The notes below the pieces were generated by a model. It was given only the letters and a program-made list of their open reading frames with translations, did not search any database and was not told the DNA's origin. From Paraspadella gotoi (lineage: Eukaryota; Animalia; Chaetognatha): DNA of 64,000 bases. The stretch spans positions 19,729,546 to 19,793,545 of the forward strand of contig CM119267.1 of NCBI GenBank assembly GCA_051294375.1. The letters run 5' to 3'. Shown here in pieces: positions 14,116 to 26,026 of this stretch. The position numbers and the translations under genes are program-made. Each line of letters starts with the position of its first letter. Position 1 is the first letter of the stretch.

Positions 14116-15820
14116 CTACTGTCTGAGTCGCGCAGGAGAGACGCGTTGACTGGACAGAAGCAACTTGGCTTTGTCTGACCTTGTTTGCCACGAAAAAATG
14201 AGACTCCGTCGGCTGCGCTTCGTATGAAGCGCGCGTTGCCTCACGGAGACATAGCCCGAACATGACGCCGCCGATTGAACGGCACGCCTAATCTCGGAAA
14301 GCGCCGAATTGAAAGAGATCGCCTGGATCGCTGCTACGTCCCGAAGAGGCGTGGCCAAAGCTTCTATACGTTCCACGGCCTGATCCGTGGAGAGACCCTC
14401 CTTGAGCTCCTCGGCCAACAGACGTAGCTCATCCGCGGCGTAAAGCGCCGCGTGTCCAGACGCACCCGCCTCCTGCATCGAGCGTTGGTGTTGCCGAAAA
14501 GAGGCGTTAGGGCGAGCGCCGAAGGCTGCTTCAAACTGATGGATTAAGCATCCATCTCGATCCGGAGGGAGGAAAGAAGCCGGAGAGGCGTTATCCACCC
14601 ATCGGCGAAGACGAGATGTGGGAGTCGCGAGACGAGAATCCCAGTGCCTCACCAACTCTCCAGAAGCAGAAATCTGACGGAGACTGCGCCATTGATCGAC
14701 GACCCACTCCGACGCCGAGACTGCCTTCTTGGCGGTAGGGAGGAAGGTGTTGAAACCACCCTCTGTGTCGGAAGCTGAGTCCACCTCCCCCTCCTCGGAG
14801 GATTCGGCGTCCGGATCCGGGAAGGAGTGCTTCAAGCCGGGTCTACGTGGCGGAGGCGAGATATCTCGTGAATGTGAGGCTGAGGCAGAAACCCGTGCAG
14901 GGATCTGGGCTCTGGAAGCGGAAGGCGAAGCAAGGAGAAGCGACGAAGAAGCGGAGAAATGAGGAGCGGCCATCCCGTCGATCAAGAACCGTGACATGAA
15001 CGTAAAAACACAAAAAATCAACATTAGATCAAATAAAAACGATCTAAAAAAATCCCCTCCCTCCTCTTTTTAAATTATCCCAAAATTTAAAAAACATAAA
15101 AAGACGCACCCAGCAAAAAACCCACACCCGCGAACCAAAGAACCCAAACACCGGTGGTGAAAAGGGGTGGAGCGGCAGGAGGTGCGTGGGGGGGTTCGAT
15201 CAAGAATCGTGATTCCATTGGAATCTAAGATTCTCTGATCGAACCCCCCCCACGAATGCCTCAGTAACGAGAAAAACAGGAGAGCGCGGTGTAAAAAAAG
15301 GGAAAGAAAGAAATAAAATTTCGAAACAAAAAAGGAAAGCAGAGGGGCATAAGCGAAAATATGCGAAATGACCTAAATAAACTCCCCCCCCGGTGAGCTC
15401 ACCGGCGAAAATCCTCCATTTCCAAACGCGAAGAGCGTTGAAAATCCTTCATCTCCTTGCGAAACCCTTCAAGGGTGGCCTTCAAATAGTCCGCGACGAC
15501 TTCCATGCCTCCAGCCGAACGCGAGTCTTGAGGAAGAGTGCGTCTTGGCTGACCGCCCCCCAAACCGGCGTTGCCGGGGTGCGCCGCTTCGGCGTGCGCT
15601 GCCTGAGAGGCTGGAACCGAGGTAACGGAAACCGGTCTCCGAGGCGAAGGAGGAGGGGCGGTGGAGACGCATTGCGGGAAAGTCCCTGTTCTTCCCCGCG
15701 CACCTCCGGGGTCCTCAACCCCCTTGAATTCGACGATTTCGACGAATGGCGATCGCCGTGTTTGTCGTGCGATTTCTCGCGCGACTTCTTCGATTCATCG
15801 CGTGCGTGATGCGAAGACAT
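14116..15820 (-). CDS. DIRS element A gag-like protein; predicted two exons (about 15403-15820 and 14911-14116) split by intron 14912-15402
   Basis: Upstream frame ends GMEVVADYLKATLEGFRKEMKDFQRSSRLEMEDFR CG|gtgagc. A long pyrimidine tract and ttccag|A GCC CAG then resume the SEEGEVDS gag frame in the same phase. Confidence 0.7.
15185..15261. other. Internal complementary region (ICR) of DIRS element A
   Basis: cgtggggggggttcgatcaagaatcgtgattccattggaatctaagATTctctgatcgaaccccccccacgaatgcc is the reverse complement of the left end joined at ATT to the reverse complement of the right end. Confidence 0.92.
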
Positions 15821-16549
15821 AATAACGACCGCCGAAATTTCGATAAAAAACCGAAAAACGAAAGAAAAGTCCCGATAAATAAGCGAAGAAAAGGAAACGT
15901 TAGAAAAAACGTGCTGATGCTTTTCGCGCGAAAAAAGAAGTGACGCGTCTGTCGGCACAGCAGCACTTCGGGGAGCCCCGCAGCGGCGGGGCGGACGGTG
16001 CTGCAGCGCTGCTCAAAAAAGATATACTTTTTCGATGTTTTTTTGTTTTCGTTTTCTTCTGATGCACTGCGCGGTAGTCTCGCCTTTAGTGAGACAAAAG
16101 GCATTCGTGGGGGGGTTCGATCAGAGAATTGGTTTAAATGGAAAAAACAAAAAAATATATATCACTATTTGAACGCCAATTGCTCATGAGTGGATAGGGC
16201 AATTGACTTGAAATTTTGTATGATGGTAGGAAAGTGTGTGATTGAGCGGGATATAAAGTTTCGATGGAATCGTGCGAGTGGAAATGAGTTAAAATGGAAA
16301 AAACAAAAGTCATATTTACTTGAAGTATTTTTACTTAAATTTACTCATAATTATTATGTTTATTAAAAATTGGATAGATAAATCGAAATTGAATTTTGTG
16401 TGTGGGTAGGAAAGTATGTTATAAAGCTGGATATAATTTTTTAGATGGAATCGTTGGAGTGGAAAAGAGTTCAAATTAGAAAACCAAAAGACACATTTAT
16501 TTGATTTTTTAAAGTTTCTCTCTCTCTATATCTCTCTGATTGATTGATT

Positions 16550-16940
16550 GATTGACCAAATTATGCAAATTGACAAAAATATGCCAGTTGACCAAATTCT
16601 TAAAGTTGACCAAATTATTCCAGTTGACAAAATTCTGCAAGTTGATCAAGTTCTGCAAGTTGATCAAGTTCTGCAAGTTGACCAAATTATGCCTGTTGAC
16701 CAAATTATGCCAGTTGACCAAATTAGGCCAGTTAATAAAATTATGCCAGTTGACCAAATTATGCCGGTTGACCAAATTATCTTAATTAATCAAATAATGT
16801 CAGTTGACCAAATTATGTCAGTTGACCAAATTATGTCAGTAGACCAAATTATGTCAGTAGACCAAATTATGTCAGTTAACCAAATTGTGTCAGTTAACCA
16901 AATTATGAAAGTTAATTAAATTATGCAAGTTGACCAAGTT
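16550..16940. repeat. 18-bp minisatellite (agttgaccaaattatgyc)
   Basis: About 21 tandem units visible. Confidence 0.92.
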
Positions 16941-18588
16941 AGCTTATTACCACTTAATTATCGATTGACCTGGAATTTGTATGCGAGTAGAAAAGTGTGT
17001 GATTGAACAGGAAACCAAGTTTCGATGGAATCTTTTGAGTGGAAATGAGTTTAAATGGAAAAAAAACAAAAAACCTGTTTCACTAATTAATTATGCTTTT
17101 TTTTATTTTTATATTAAATGTAAATGCAGGATGTATTAATAAATCAAATAATTAATCAGTTAATTAATCAATTAGTCAATTAATTAATCAATAATTAATT
17201 AATCAGTCAATCAATCCGTCCATCCGTCCCACCTTAGCAAAAAGCTCCAATAACTCGTGATTATCTGGTTGGATTGGAATGAAATTTTGTGTGTGGGTAG
17301 GAAAGTGTGTGATAAAGCTGGATATAAAGTTTCGACGGAATCGTGTGAGTGGAAATGAGTTTAAGTGGAAAAAACATAAGTCGCATTTACTAAAATCTTT
17401 TTACTTATTTTAACCAATAAGTACTCTAATTAATCATAATTGGATGGATAGATTGAGTTCAAATTTTTTGTGTGGGTATAAAAATGTGTAACGATGCTTA
17501 ATATAAAGTTTCGGTGGAAATGAGTTTAAATTAAAAAAATATGAGTCACATTTACTTGAATCTTTTTACTTATTTAACCCATAATAGATTGAGATGAAAT
17601 TTTGTGAGCGGGTAGAGAGAGAGAGAGAGAGAGTGAGAGAGAGAGAGCAGAAAAATGAGCATAAGGATCGTTGCAATTGCAAAGAGAGAGAGAGAGAACA
17701 GAGAGAAAGAGAGCAGAAAAATGAGCATAAGGATCGTTGCAATTGCAAAGAGAGAGAGAGAGAAAGAGAGAGAGTCCGAGATTAAAATTAGTAAATAAAA
17801 AAGTTATTTTACTCACTGAATAAAAATACTTAAAATACTTACAAAATACATAAAATTAATAAAATTATTATTCCGATAACCTTGTTTAATCACATGCAAT
17901 ATATCTAGTAAGGCGGGCCAATATTGAACATTTTTTATAACTTCTAGTTCTCTTTAAAATTTTTTTTCCTTTTACTACTAAATCGATTTTCAATGTAACT
18001 TTTTGAATTAGTTCATTGGGTTGTTGCACTTAATCTTTTAAATATTTATCAATATGAAATTGGTACAACCAATATAAAAATTATCCATTCATTTAATAAA
18101 TAAATATATAATAATTATATAAAGTTTTGACGGAATTGTGCCAGTGGAAATGAGTTAAGATGGAAAAAACATAAGTCACATTTACTTGAATCTTTAATAT
18201 TAATGAGTACTAATAAATGTTTTAATTAATTAATTAATGTGAAAAAAAGATGCAAGTTAAAAGAATCTTAAAAGCATAAAGATCGCCGCAATTGCATAAA
18301 AAAAGAGAGAGAGAGAGAGTGAAAGAGGAGACATAAAATAAAATAGAGGATATTTGTTTGTTTTGATAAAATGTAAACAAAACATATTTAATAACTGTCC
18401 TAACCCAATTTTAAGGACATCGATGATGATAAGTTGAATATAAATTTAAAATTAATTATTATATATTAAAATTAATTAATTAATTAATTAATTAATTATC
18501 GTAGGCAGATCCGACGTTGTTTGCTCAAACTTGTTTGATACTGGGGAGGTCTACTATGCAATAGTAATTGATTATTAATGTAATAGTG

Positions 18589-19479
18589 CCATGATGGAAA
18601 AAAAAATGTCACGGTTTCTTTCCAGCTATTTTTCATATTTTAATAGAATCAAAAAATAAAACTTACATATCAAGAAACTTTAGCCTTTTGTGATTTATAT
18701 GAGCTGTCTCATTTATGTACGACCAAAAATACAAGAATTCCATGCAAAAAAAATGAGTTGTCCAAAAAATGCTTTTTTCTTTATCTTTTTCATATCTACA
18801 CTTTTTATTTATATTAATTTACGGGGTTTTTATTACTTTAAACCGTTACTATTAAAAATTCCTGCCTTTTCTCTGTTTCATGTCATTAGGATAGATACAG
18901 GGATGAATCTTAATTCATATGTAAAAAAAAATGGCATTAAATATATATTAATGCTGAAGATGCTCCAGAATATTCTTTTTATATTGTAAAGTTATAATGC
19001 ACCGGGTAACCTTTCTATGAGCAAAGTTATTATTTTTATATACCTCTGGATGTATTATCAGAACCAAATATCAAACAAGTAAAAAAAAAAAAAAAATCAA
19101 GATTTTGTTGAAATGAAAGACATCACATTATGCAACAACATCTCAAGCTTGGTTTATTTTATAGGGGATCCATCTTTTTTACTGTTTGCCAAAGACCATT
19201 TTTTGCCCTTAATCTGATAAAAAATATTATGTCAGAAATATAATATTAACAATAATGTGAGTAGTCCTCTTGATCAAAAAGAGGTGAAAACAGTTGGAGA
19301 ACCTCTTTTGGAAGTATTTGAATGCATTAAATAATTTTATGCTGTTGAGAAATAATATTTTTATTCAGTCCAAGGGAGGTCATATTACATATTAAAACCT
19401 ATTTACCGGCCAAAAAATATATTTGACAATAAAATTAACCAACTTTTCCAAACCGCAAAACATTTTTTTTCCATCATGG
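18589..19479. mobile_element. Non-autonomous TIR element inserted in the 22-bp minisatellite
   Basis: ccatgatggaaaaaaaaatgt ... acattttttttccatcatgg. The minisatellite resumes on both sides (TG/TA flanks, compatible with a mutated TA duplication). Confidence 0.7.
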
Positions 19480-20650
19480 TAATTGATTATTGAAACAATA
19501 GTAATTGGTTATTGATGTAATAGTAATTGGTTATTGATGCAATAGTAATTGGTTATTGATGCAATAGTAATTGATTAAAGATGCAATAATAACTTATTAT
19601 TGATGCAATAATAACTTATTATTGATGCAATAATAACTTATTATTGATGCAATAATAACTTATTATTGATGCAATAATAACTTATTATTGATGCAATAAT
19701 AACTTATTATTGATGCAATAATAATTGATTATTGATGGAATGGTAACCAATTATTGATGCGACGATAACCAATTATTGCAGCAATGATAAACCAATTATT
19801 GATGCGATGATAAACCAATTATTAATGCGATGATAGTTATTCACTGATGCGATGATAGTTATTCACTGATGCGATGATAGTTATTCACTGATGCGATGAT
19901 AGTTATTCACTGATGTGATGATAGTTATTCACTAAGGCGTAGTAAAATTTTTTAAATTTAACTTTAATTAAAATTTTAACAACATTATACTAATGAACAT
20001 TTATGTATAAAAAAAATTTATAATAAATTTTACAATTTACGCAGTAGGCCATATTTATACTAGTACTAATCTAATAAATGTTAAAATTTCAAAACAGTTT
20101 TTTTAAAAATTTTTTTTTGCAGATTTGGATTCGTCATAAAAAGTTGATAGAAAAGAAATATAACTCTTTTTAAAAAATTCCTTCATTAAGTGGGTCAAAA
20201 ATTAGAAAAAGCTATATTTTAAGCTGAAAATTAACTTTTTATATATTAAATATAATTTTTTTAAATTTTTAACCCACTTAATGCAAGAATTTTAAAAATG
20301 ATTTATATTTTCTTTTATCAACTTTTGACGAGGAATTCAAATCTGCAATCAAAATTAAGAAAAGCCTATTTTGAAATGTTTCGATTTATAAGGATAGTAC
20401 TACAAAAATAGTACAAAAATAGTACTACTGCAAAAATTAAAAAACATAAAATTAATTTTTTTTACAAATTAATGTTTACTGATGGTATGTTGTTCATAAT
20501 TGACTTTTAGAATTTTTCTATGTAACTTTCACTACGCCTTATTATTCACTGATGCGATGATAGTTATTCACTGATGCGATGATAGTTATTCACTGATGCG
20601 ATGATAGTTATTCACTGATGCGATGATAGTTATTCACTGATGCGAAGATA
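19480..20650. repeat. 22-bp minisatellite with graded unit variants (aataataacttattattgatgc to gatgatagttattcactgatgc)
   Basis: Direct tandem units, interrupted by the MITE at 19935-20539. Confidence 0.9.
19935..20539. mobile_element. Palindromic MITE inserted in a minisatellite
   Basis: ta|aggcgtagt ... actacgcct|ta, with extended imperfect arms (ttaagtgggt / acccacttaa). A related sequence lies near 54040-54390. Confidence 0.7.
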
Positions 20651-20683
20651 GTCTATAAAAAAATTGAATTGACGGCCAAGTAT

Positions 20684-20868
20684 TCCTGGATGAGGAAGCC
20701 GACTTGGGATTTGCTGGGCTTCCATTGGTCAACGCCGGTCACATGATGGCATTTTTTTTTTTCATCTTAATGTTATTTTGTTCCTTTTTTTGACTCTGAT
20801 AAACACGCGATCTATTGACTACCGCAAACAAAAGGGCATTTCAAGGCAAGGCGGACTGATATAAGAAT
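20684..20868 (-). mobile_element. Decayed terminal-repeat fragment of the DIRS element B family
   Basis: Aligns with 41730-41932 (tgactctgataaac..gcgatctat, aacaaaagggcatttc..ggc.aggcggac.gatat.agaat) and ends at AAT. Confidence 0.85.
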
Positions 20869-21074
20869 TTAAAAGACCTTGATGATGAGAAACCAAATCT
20901 AAATTTTTAGCTTCCTATGGTTATACACTTAAACAATTTTGAATTGTAAAAAAGCGTGACAATGACAACAACGATGTCAGTGACAAAGAAGCAGAAGAAA
21001 ACCAACATCTCGCCCAAGATGGGCCGAAGCTCGTCTGGCGAGATAAAAATTTTTTTTAATCTTTTCATTTGAGA

Positions 21075-21728
21075 TTATTCTTCTGGTGGTGGTCCATTCG
21101 CATAAACTACAATTGTATTCGGCTGCTTCGGACCACAACATTTACAATAACAAGTCTTGTTAACTGCTATAGAGGTAGTGATTGTAGCCCAGAGTGTGAT
21201 AACAAATGTAAGCAAGCCCACGACAATCAAAATGCAACTCATGGCAATCAGAGCATCATAATTGGAAACACAGATAATATTACAGTAGATACTATCACGA
21301 TGAAGAACTACACTGCTCATTATTCCCACCACTACAATTACGTTAATAGAGAAAAACAAACAAAAACCAAATATGCAATAACCTGGAATTTAAATACCCA
21401 AGATTAAGTTTTTTTGGTATATTAATTTTGTTTATAATATTTATTATATGAAAATCTTACAATTGATTTTTTTTTATAAACGACTGCGCAGATGGCCAAA
21501 ACACGCGGTGATGAGGACAAATTTGCGGTCCATAATCCAGAATAATCATCAGGAAATTTAAGGTAATTAAAAGGGGTTGAGTACGATAGCTATGATAGTG
21601 ACCACTGCAATGATGACAGCCAGAATTATTAGGATGATGCCTTGGGCTTTTGTAAAATTCACTTGCAAAACCTCTTCCATTTTTAGACGACCCGCCTCTT
21701 GTTTAGCAGCTTCTTCATTTGATTTCAT
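21075..21728 (-). pseudogene. MS4A/CD20-like four-transmembrane protein gene with frameshifts (pseudogene or assembly errors); probably two exons
   Basis: Hydrophobic segments QGIILIILAVIIAVVTIIAIV, (frameshifted) YSGLWTA..VLITACFG, and LIAMSCILIVVGLLTFVITLWATI, followed by a Cys-rich CYCKCCG...VVY tail. This layout is typical of invertebrate MS4A-like proteins. Frame breaks fall in short homopolymers. Confidence 0.55.
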
Positions 21729-22698
21729 GGTGATTTTTGATTGATTTTTGATTTTTGTTGAAAATAATCTTATTATCCACAGATCTTTAAAAACGGGGAT
21801 AGATTTTGTCTTCAAATAATTTAATACAAAAATTTGATTTTTACCTTTGAAACAAATTAAAGCGACAAAAAAAGTAATAATTCATAAAAAAAAATTTTCG
21901 GTCAGAACATCAAAAATCGTCAAAAAGATTGTTATAGAATATTAGGAAATTAATAATATAATATTAAAAAAATCTAGGGTATTGCACAAAAATTTTAAAA
22001 ATACTGATTTTTTTCAGTCGATGGTTTTAGATCTTATATTAGGACTAACGAAGTGTACTTTAATCGTTAATTCCATGTTTGACTTTTAAATGTTTGACTT
22101 TTAAATATTTGATTTACCCCAACTGATTTATGTCAATTTGGAGTAACGTTTCTGCCTCCTTACTGCTTTCAAGGATATTCAACCAAAATTTTGGAAAACG
22201 CTTTTTTCTAATTAAGATACATTGTAGTATTGGATTCAGATTTGATTTTTTTTTTACGTGTTTGTTGCGCGCGGTGGCGTAAAAACTACGCCAAAACGTA
22301 TTATTTCCTAATTACATATGTGGCGTTAATGATTTTTCCCAAAAAAATTTTAAAATATATCAAGTTAAATAATATGTAAAGGTTTATATTAAAATTTGGA
22401 AAATAATTTTGGCGTAAAATGAAGGTAAAACCGTTTAATATGATATAATTATGTGGCGTAAAGACTTTCTGATTATTTTCTAGTAAAAAGCCATTCAGTT
22501 AAGAGGTTTTAAAGATTTATCCCACCTTTTTTTATACAGGTTTGGCGTAGAATAACGTAAAATGACAGAAAGCCATATTTCATTTAATTTTGTGGCATAA
22601 AACTTTTTTTCATTTTCCAAATAAAACTACTAAAATGTTTTGACTATCCCCTCATCACTTTCCCTTTCCTCCCTTTTCTTTTCTCTTTTATTTTTATA

Positions 22699-23561
22699 CA
22701 ATCTCCGATTCTAAGTCGATTATTTTTGGTAGGGATTAGCAGTATTCGACGAAAATTTTATTTTTTCTATCAGCCAAAAAATAATAGGGAATTTGATTCC
22801 AAAAAACAAGGCTTTTTGAAATATTTACTGTATGGAAAATACTAAAAAGGCAAAAATTTTATTTTTTAAATCCAGGTACTTTAAGGGTAAGTCTAACCAA
22901 AAACTGGGTGCTGGGAGGAGAAAGAATGCGTGGCTGACGAGACACGAGACTCGCGCTCGGGCTGGTTTGGTCGTTGCTTTCAAATAAGAAAAATATTGGA
23001 ATAGTACATAAAGCAATATTTCTTATTATTGTTGCACAAAAACTAGGCTTTCCTCACAAAACCTCTGTTTACAGGATATGCAAATGGATTTTCTCTTAAC
23101 AAATTGATAATTCTTGATTCCAAAAAATGATGCGCAAAAATGCGCTAGCAGCAGTTCTGGCGATAGTCATTTTATATCGTCTTTCCTATTGTATATTAAG
23201 AACTATGAATCATCAATATGTATGAAACTGATATAATATATTAATTATGATCTTAAGATTTACCATGTCTTTTTTCTGCTTACAACAATTTCTCCTTTGC
23301 TAAATATACTTGATACCTATAATTATTATAATGGGTAATATCTTTATTTATAGTCTTTTTTTGAACTATGTTCAAATATAAACCTAAAGAACCATTGTTG
23401 ATCCACAGTTTCTGATACTTTTAATAAAATTGGTCCACTGACTTTTACGTGGTGTATCTTTGTTTTTTTTATCTATGATTTGAGATTTATTTTCGGTATT
23501 CGTTTTTTCTTTGATTTTAAAGAATCAAAACCGAAAAAAACCGACTTAGAATCGGAGATTG
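22699..23561. mobile_element. MITE-like TIR element flanked by TA
   Basis: TA|caatctccgattctaagtcg ... cgacttagaatcggagattg|TA. Confidence 0.8.
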
Positions 23562-23563
23562 TA

Positions 23564-24118
23564 CAGTAACTTTTTTCTTTACTCGATAAACTGGAGGGAG
23601 TGGATATCTCTCAAACTTGGAGTTGGAATCAGCTCAGCTATGAGTAATAGATGCAGGAAGGTGAGCTTGTGTCCCCATCAGAGGGATTTTTAAAAATTCA
23701 AAATTTTTTACATATTAAAACTGCTCTTGTTCAATGTATCATTTTGTATAAAAAAAGAATCAATTACTTTGGATATTTTCAGAATACATTTGAATATTAT
23801 TTTGACTAAATTAATTATTAAAACAAAAAAAATTAAATTAATTCAAAAAATTTATTACATCATTATGTAGGTCTCGTCTAGGAGTATTTATGAGCAAAAA
23901 ATGATAGGGCTAGCTTCATTAATAACTGCGCTAGAGCAAATATTGTAAAAAAAATTTTTAGGGTGCTGAGCGCAATTTTTTTGAATTTTTAAAAATCCGT
24001 CCAATGGGGACACAAACTAACCTTCCTGCATCTATTACTCAAAGTTGAGCTGATTTCAACTCCTAGTTTGAGAGATATCCACTCCCTCCAGTTTATCAAG
24101 TAAAGAAAAAAGTTACTG
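23564..24118. mobile_element. Tc1/mariner-type MITE with long TIRs flanked by TA
   Basis: TA|cagtaacttttttctttactcgataaactggagggagtgg ... ccactccctccagtttatcaagtaaagaaaaaagttactg|TA; TIR longer than 100 bp. Confidence 0.88.
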
Positions 24119-24763
24119 TATAAAAATAAAAGAGAAAAGAAAAGGGAGGAAAGGGAAAGAGATGATGGGATAAAGTGGCGCAGTTTTACGTCAATTTACG
24201 CCATTCTACGCCAAAGCATCTTAACTTAATAGCTTTATTTGGAAAATAAAAAAAGTTTTTACGCCACAAAATTAAATGATATTAATATAGTTTTCTGTTT
24301 ATTTTAAGCCATTCTACGCCAATCCTGTATAAAAAAGGCCGGAAAAATATTTAAATCAACTTAACTGAGTAGTTTTTACTAGAAAATAAACAAAAAGTCC
24401 TTACGCCACAGAATTAGATAATATTTATATCATTTTTGTTCATTTTACGCCATTCTACGCCACATCTGTATAAAAAAGGCCGGATAAATCTTTAAAACCA
24501 CTTAACCGAATTGCTTTTACTAGAAAATAATCAGAAAGTCTTTACGCCACATCATGATATCATATTAAACGGTTTTACCTTCATTTCACGCCATTTTACG
24601 CCACAATTCTTTTTAAAATTTAAATATACACATTGACACTTATTTAACATGATATATTTTAAACAAATTTTTGGAAAAATCATTAACGCCACATATGTAA
24701 CTAGGAAATAATACGTTTTGGCGTAGTTTTTACGCCACCAGCGCCAACAAACACGTAAAAAAA

Positions 24764-26026
24764 ATCTTAAAAGCATAAGGATCGTCGCAATTGCATAAGA
24801 AAAATCTGGATTGACGACAAATTTTGATACTAAAAAAATCAAATTTGAAAAAAAAAAAATTATAAACAGAAAGAAAAAGAAGAAAAGAATAAATAAAGAA
24901 TAGAAATGAAAGAAAGGAAAGAAAGAATAGAAAAAAAAAAAGAATAGAAAGGAAAGAAAGAATAGAAAGGAAAGAAAGAATAGAAAGGAAAGAAAGAATA
25001 GAAAGGAAAGAAAGAATAGAAAGGAAAGAAAGATTAGAAAGGAAAGAAAGGAAAGAAAGAATAGAAAGGAAAGAAAGAAAAGAAAGGAAAGAAAGAATAG
25101 AAAGGGGAAAAAAAAGAAAATTAATATATAAACAGAAAGAAAAATTCTATTTTGCGATTGTCAATTTACAGTTAAAAAAAAAAAAAATTATTTTATTGTT
25201 AAAAGAATAAATATAAAACAGTAAAATAACTTATTTTCGAGTTTAATTTTTAGCAAGTGCTAAGACTGGAGTAACATTATTGAAGGTACTTTTGTTTTAC
25301 TTTAAGCACGCATAAGCGAGCAGTTTGATCGAATGCGACCTCTCTAAACACTGTCAGCATTCCCAGAAAAAAGACAAAGTGAAACTTGAATCAGACTGAC
25401 GAAGTGAAGTAAAGACTAAAGTGTAATAAAAACCCGATGTTACTATAGCAAAATGATAACATGCACGAATGCGATGCCTAATTTTACGAGTTCAATCCCA
25501 ATTCAAATTTTTTTTTAATAAAAACACACAGAGAGAGAGAGAGAGAAAAGAAAGAAATCAAATGGCAGCAGCAGAAGCAGCAGGAGAAAAGAGAGAGAGA
25601 GAGAGCCAGCTGCAGACTCAAAAGTCAGCAGCAAAAGCAGCAGGAGAAAATAGAGAAAAAGAATAAGCCCCTGCAGAGCCAGCTGCAGACTCGTTTTTTT
25701 TCCCTATGATTATGAATCAGTGAATAGGGAAGAGAGAGGGAGAGAGACATGTCATTAAAAGAAAAAAGAGAGAGAGAGAGAAATATGAAAATAAAAGAGA
25801 GAAAATTTGTTTGTTTTGATAAAACGTAAACAAAACATATTCAATAACTGTCCAGACTCAATTTTAAGCACATCGATGATGAGAAGCTGTATATAAATTT
25901 TCAGCTTCATAAACCCAAATTTAATCATAAAAAAGGCGATCTATAATTTGGAACGCCGACGACGACGACGACAACAACGACGATGCCGACGCCACTTATG
26001 CGCAAACGCTTAGCGATTGCGACGAT
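24764..26026 (-). mobile_element. DINE-1/HINE-like element, family 2
   Basis: Subterminal inverted repeats atcgtcgcaatygc and gcgattgcgacgat; small terminal hairpin (atcttaaaagcataaggat); GAC/AAC microsatellite; purine-rich central repeats. Sits in an A-run (TT on the minus strand) with no target duplication. Confidence 0.7.

Larger units (their letters stand above)
10154..16129 (-). mobile_element. DIRS1-like tyrosine-recombinase retrotransposon, element A (near full length; left half indel-rich)
   Basis: Inverted terminal repeats (about 10180-10430 and 15940-16129); AAT at both ends; ICR at 15185-15261. RT (GDWGASIDL, FQYKVLPFGL), RNase H (TTDASPGGWG, LHINVKEF), methyltransferase-like (AIDLFAT...DALAQIW...FLFPPPPLL) and gag ORF 14116-15024. 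Inserted into a host tandem unit at gagtggaAAT. Confidence 0.93.
9868..18535 (+). mobile_element. DINE-1/HINE-like non-autonomous Helentron-type element, family 1; hosts DIRS element A
   Basis: Subterminal repeat gtcggatctgc (9872) with adjacent partial inverted copy (9888-9900); GTCC/GTCG microsatellite (9915-10030); central tandem units (gaaattttgtgtgtgggtaggaaa...gagtggaaatgag); closing gcagatccgac (18505-18515). Confidence 0.65.

Noticed and set aside
16509-16919. Repetitive ORFs (VDQIMP)n, (NLVNWH)n, (LTKLCQ)n
   Set aside because: Translations of an 18-bp minisatellite that is open in several frames; no gene context.
19480-20650. Regularly spaced repeats resembling a CRISPR array
   Set aside because: Head-to-tail units with no unique spacers, no cas genes, and a eukaryotic context.
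22825-23016. ORF with KAT..ARARVSCLV resembling an internal FGGY segment
   Set aside because: Similarity is superficial and the ORF lies inside a TA-flanked MITE.
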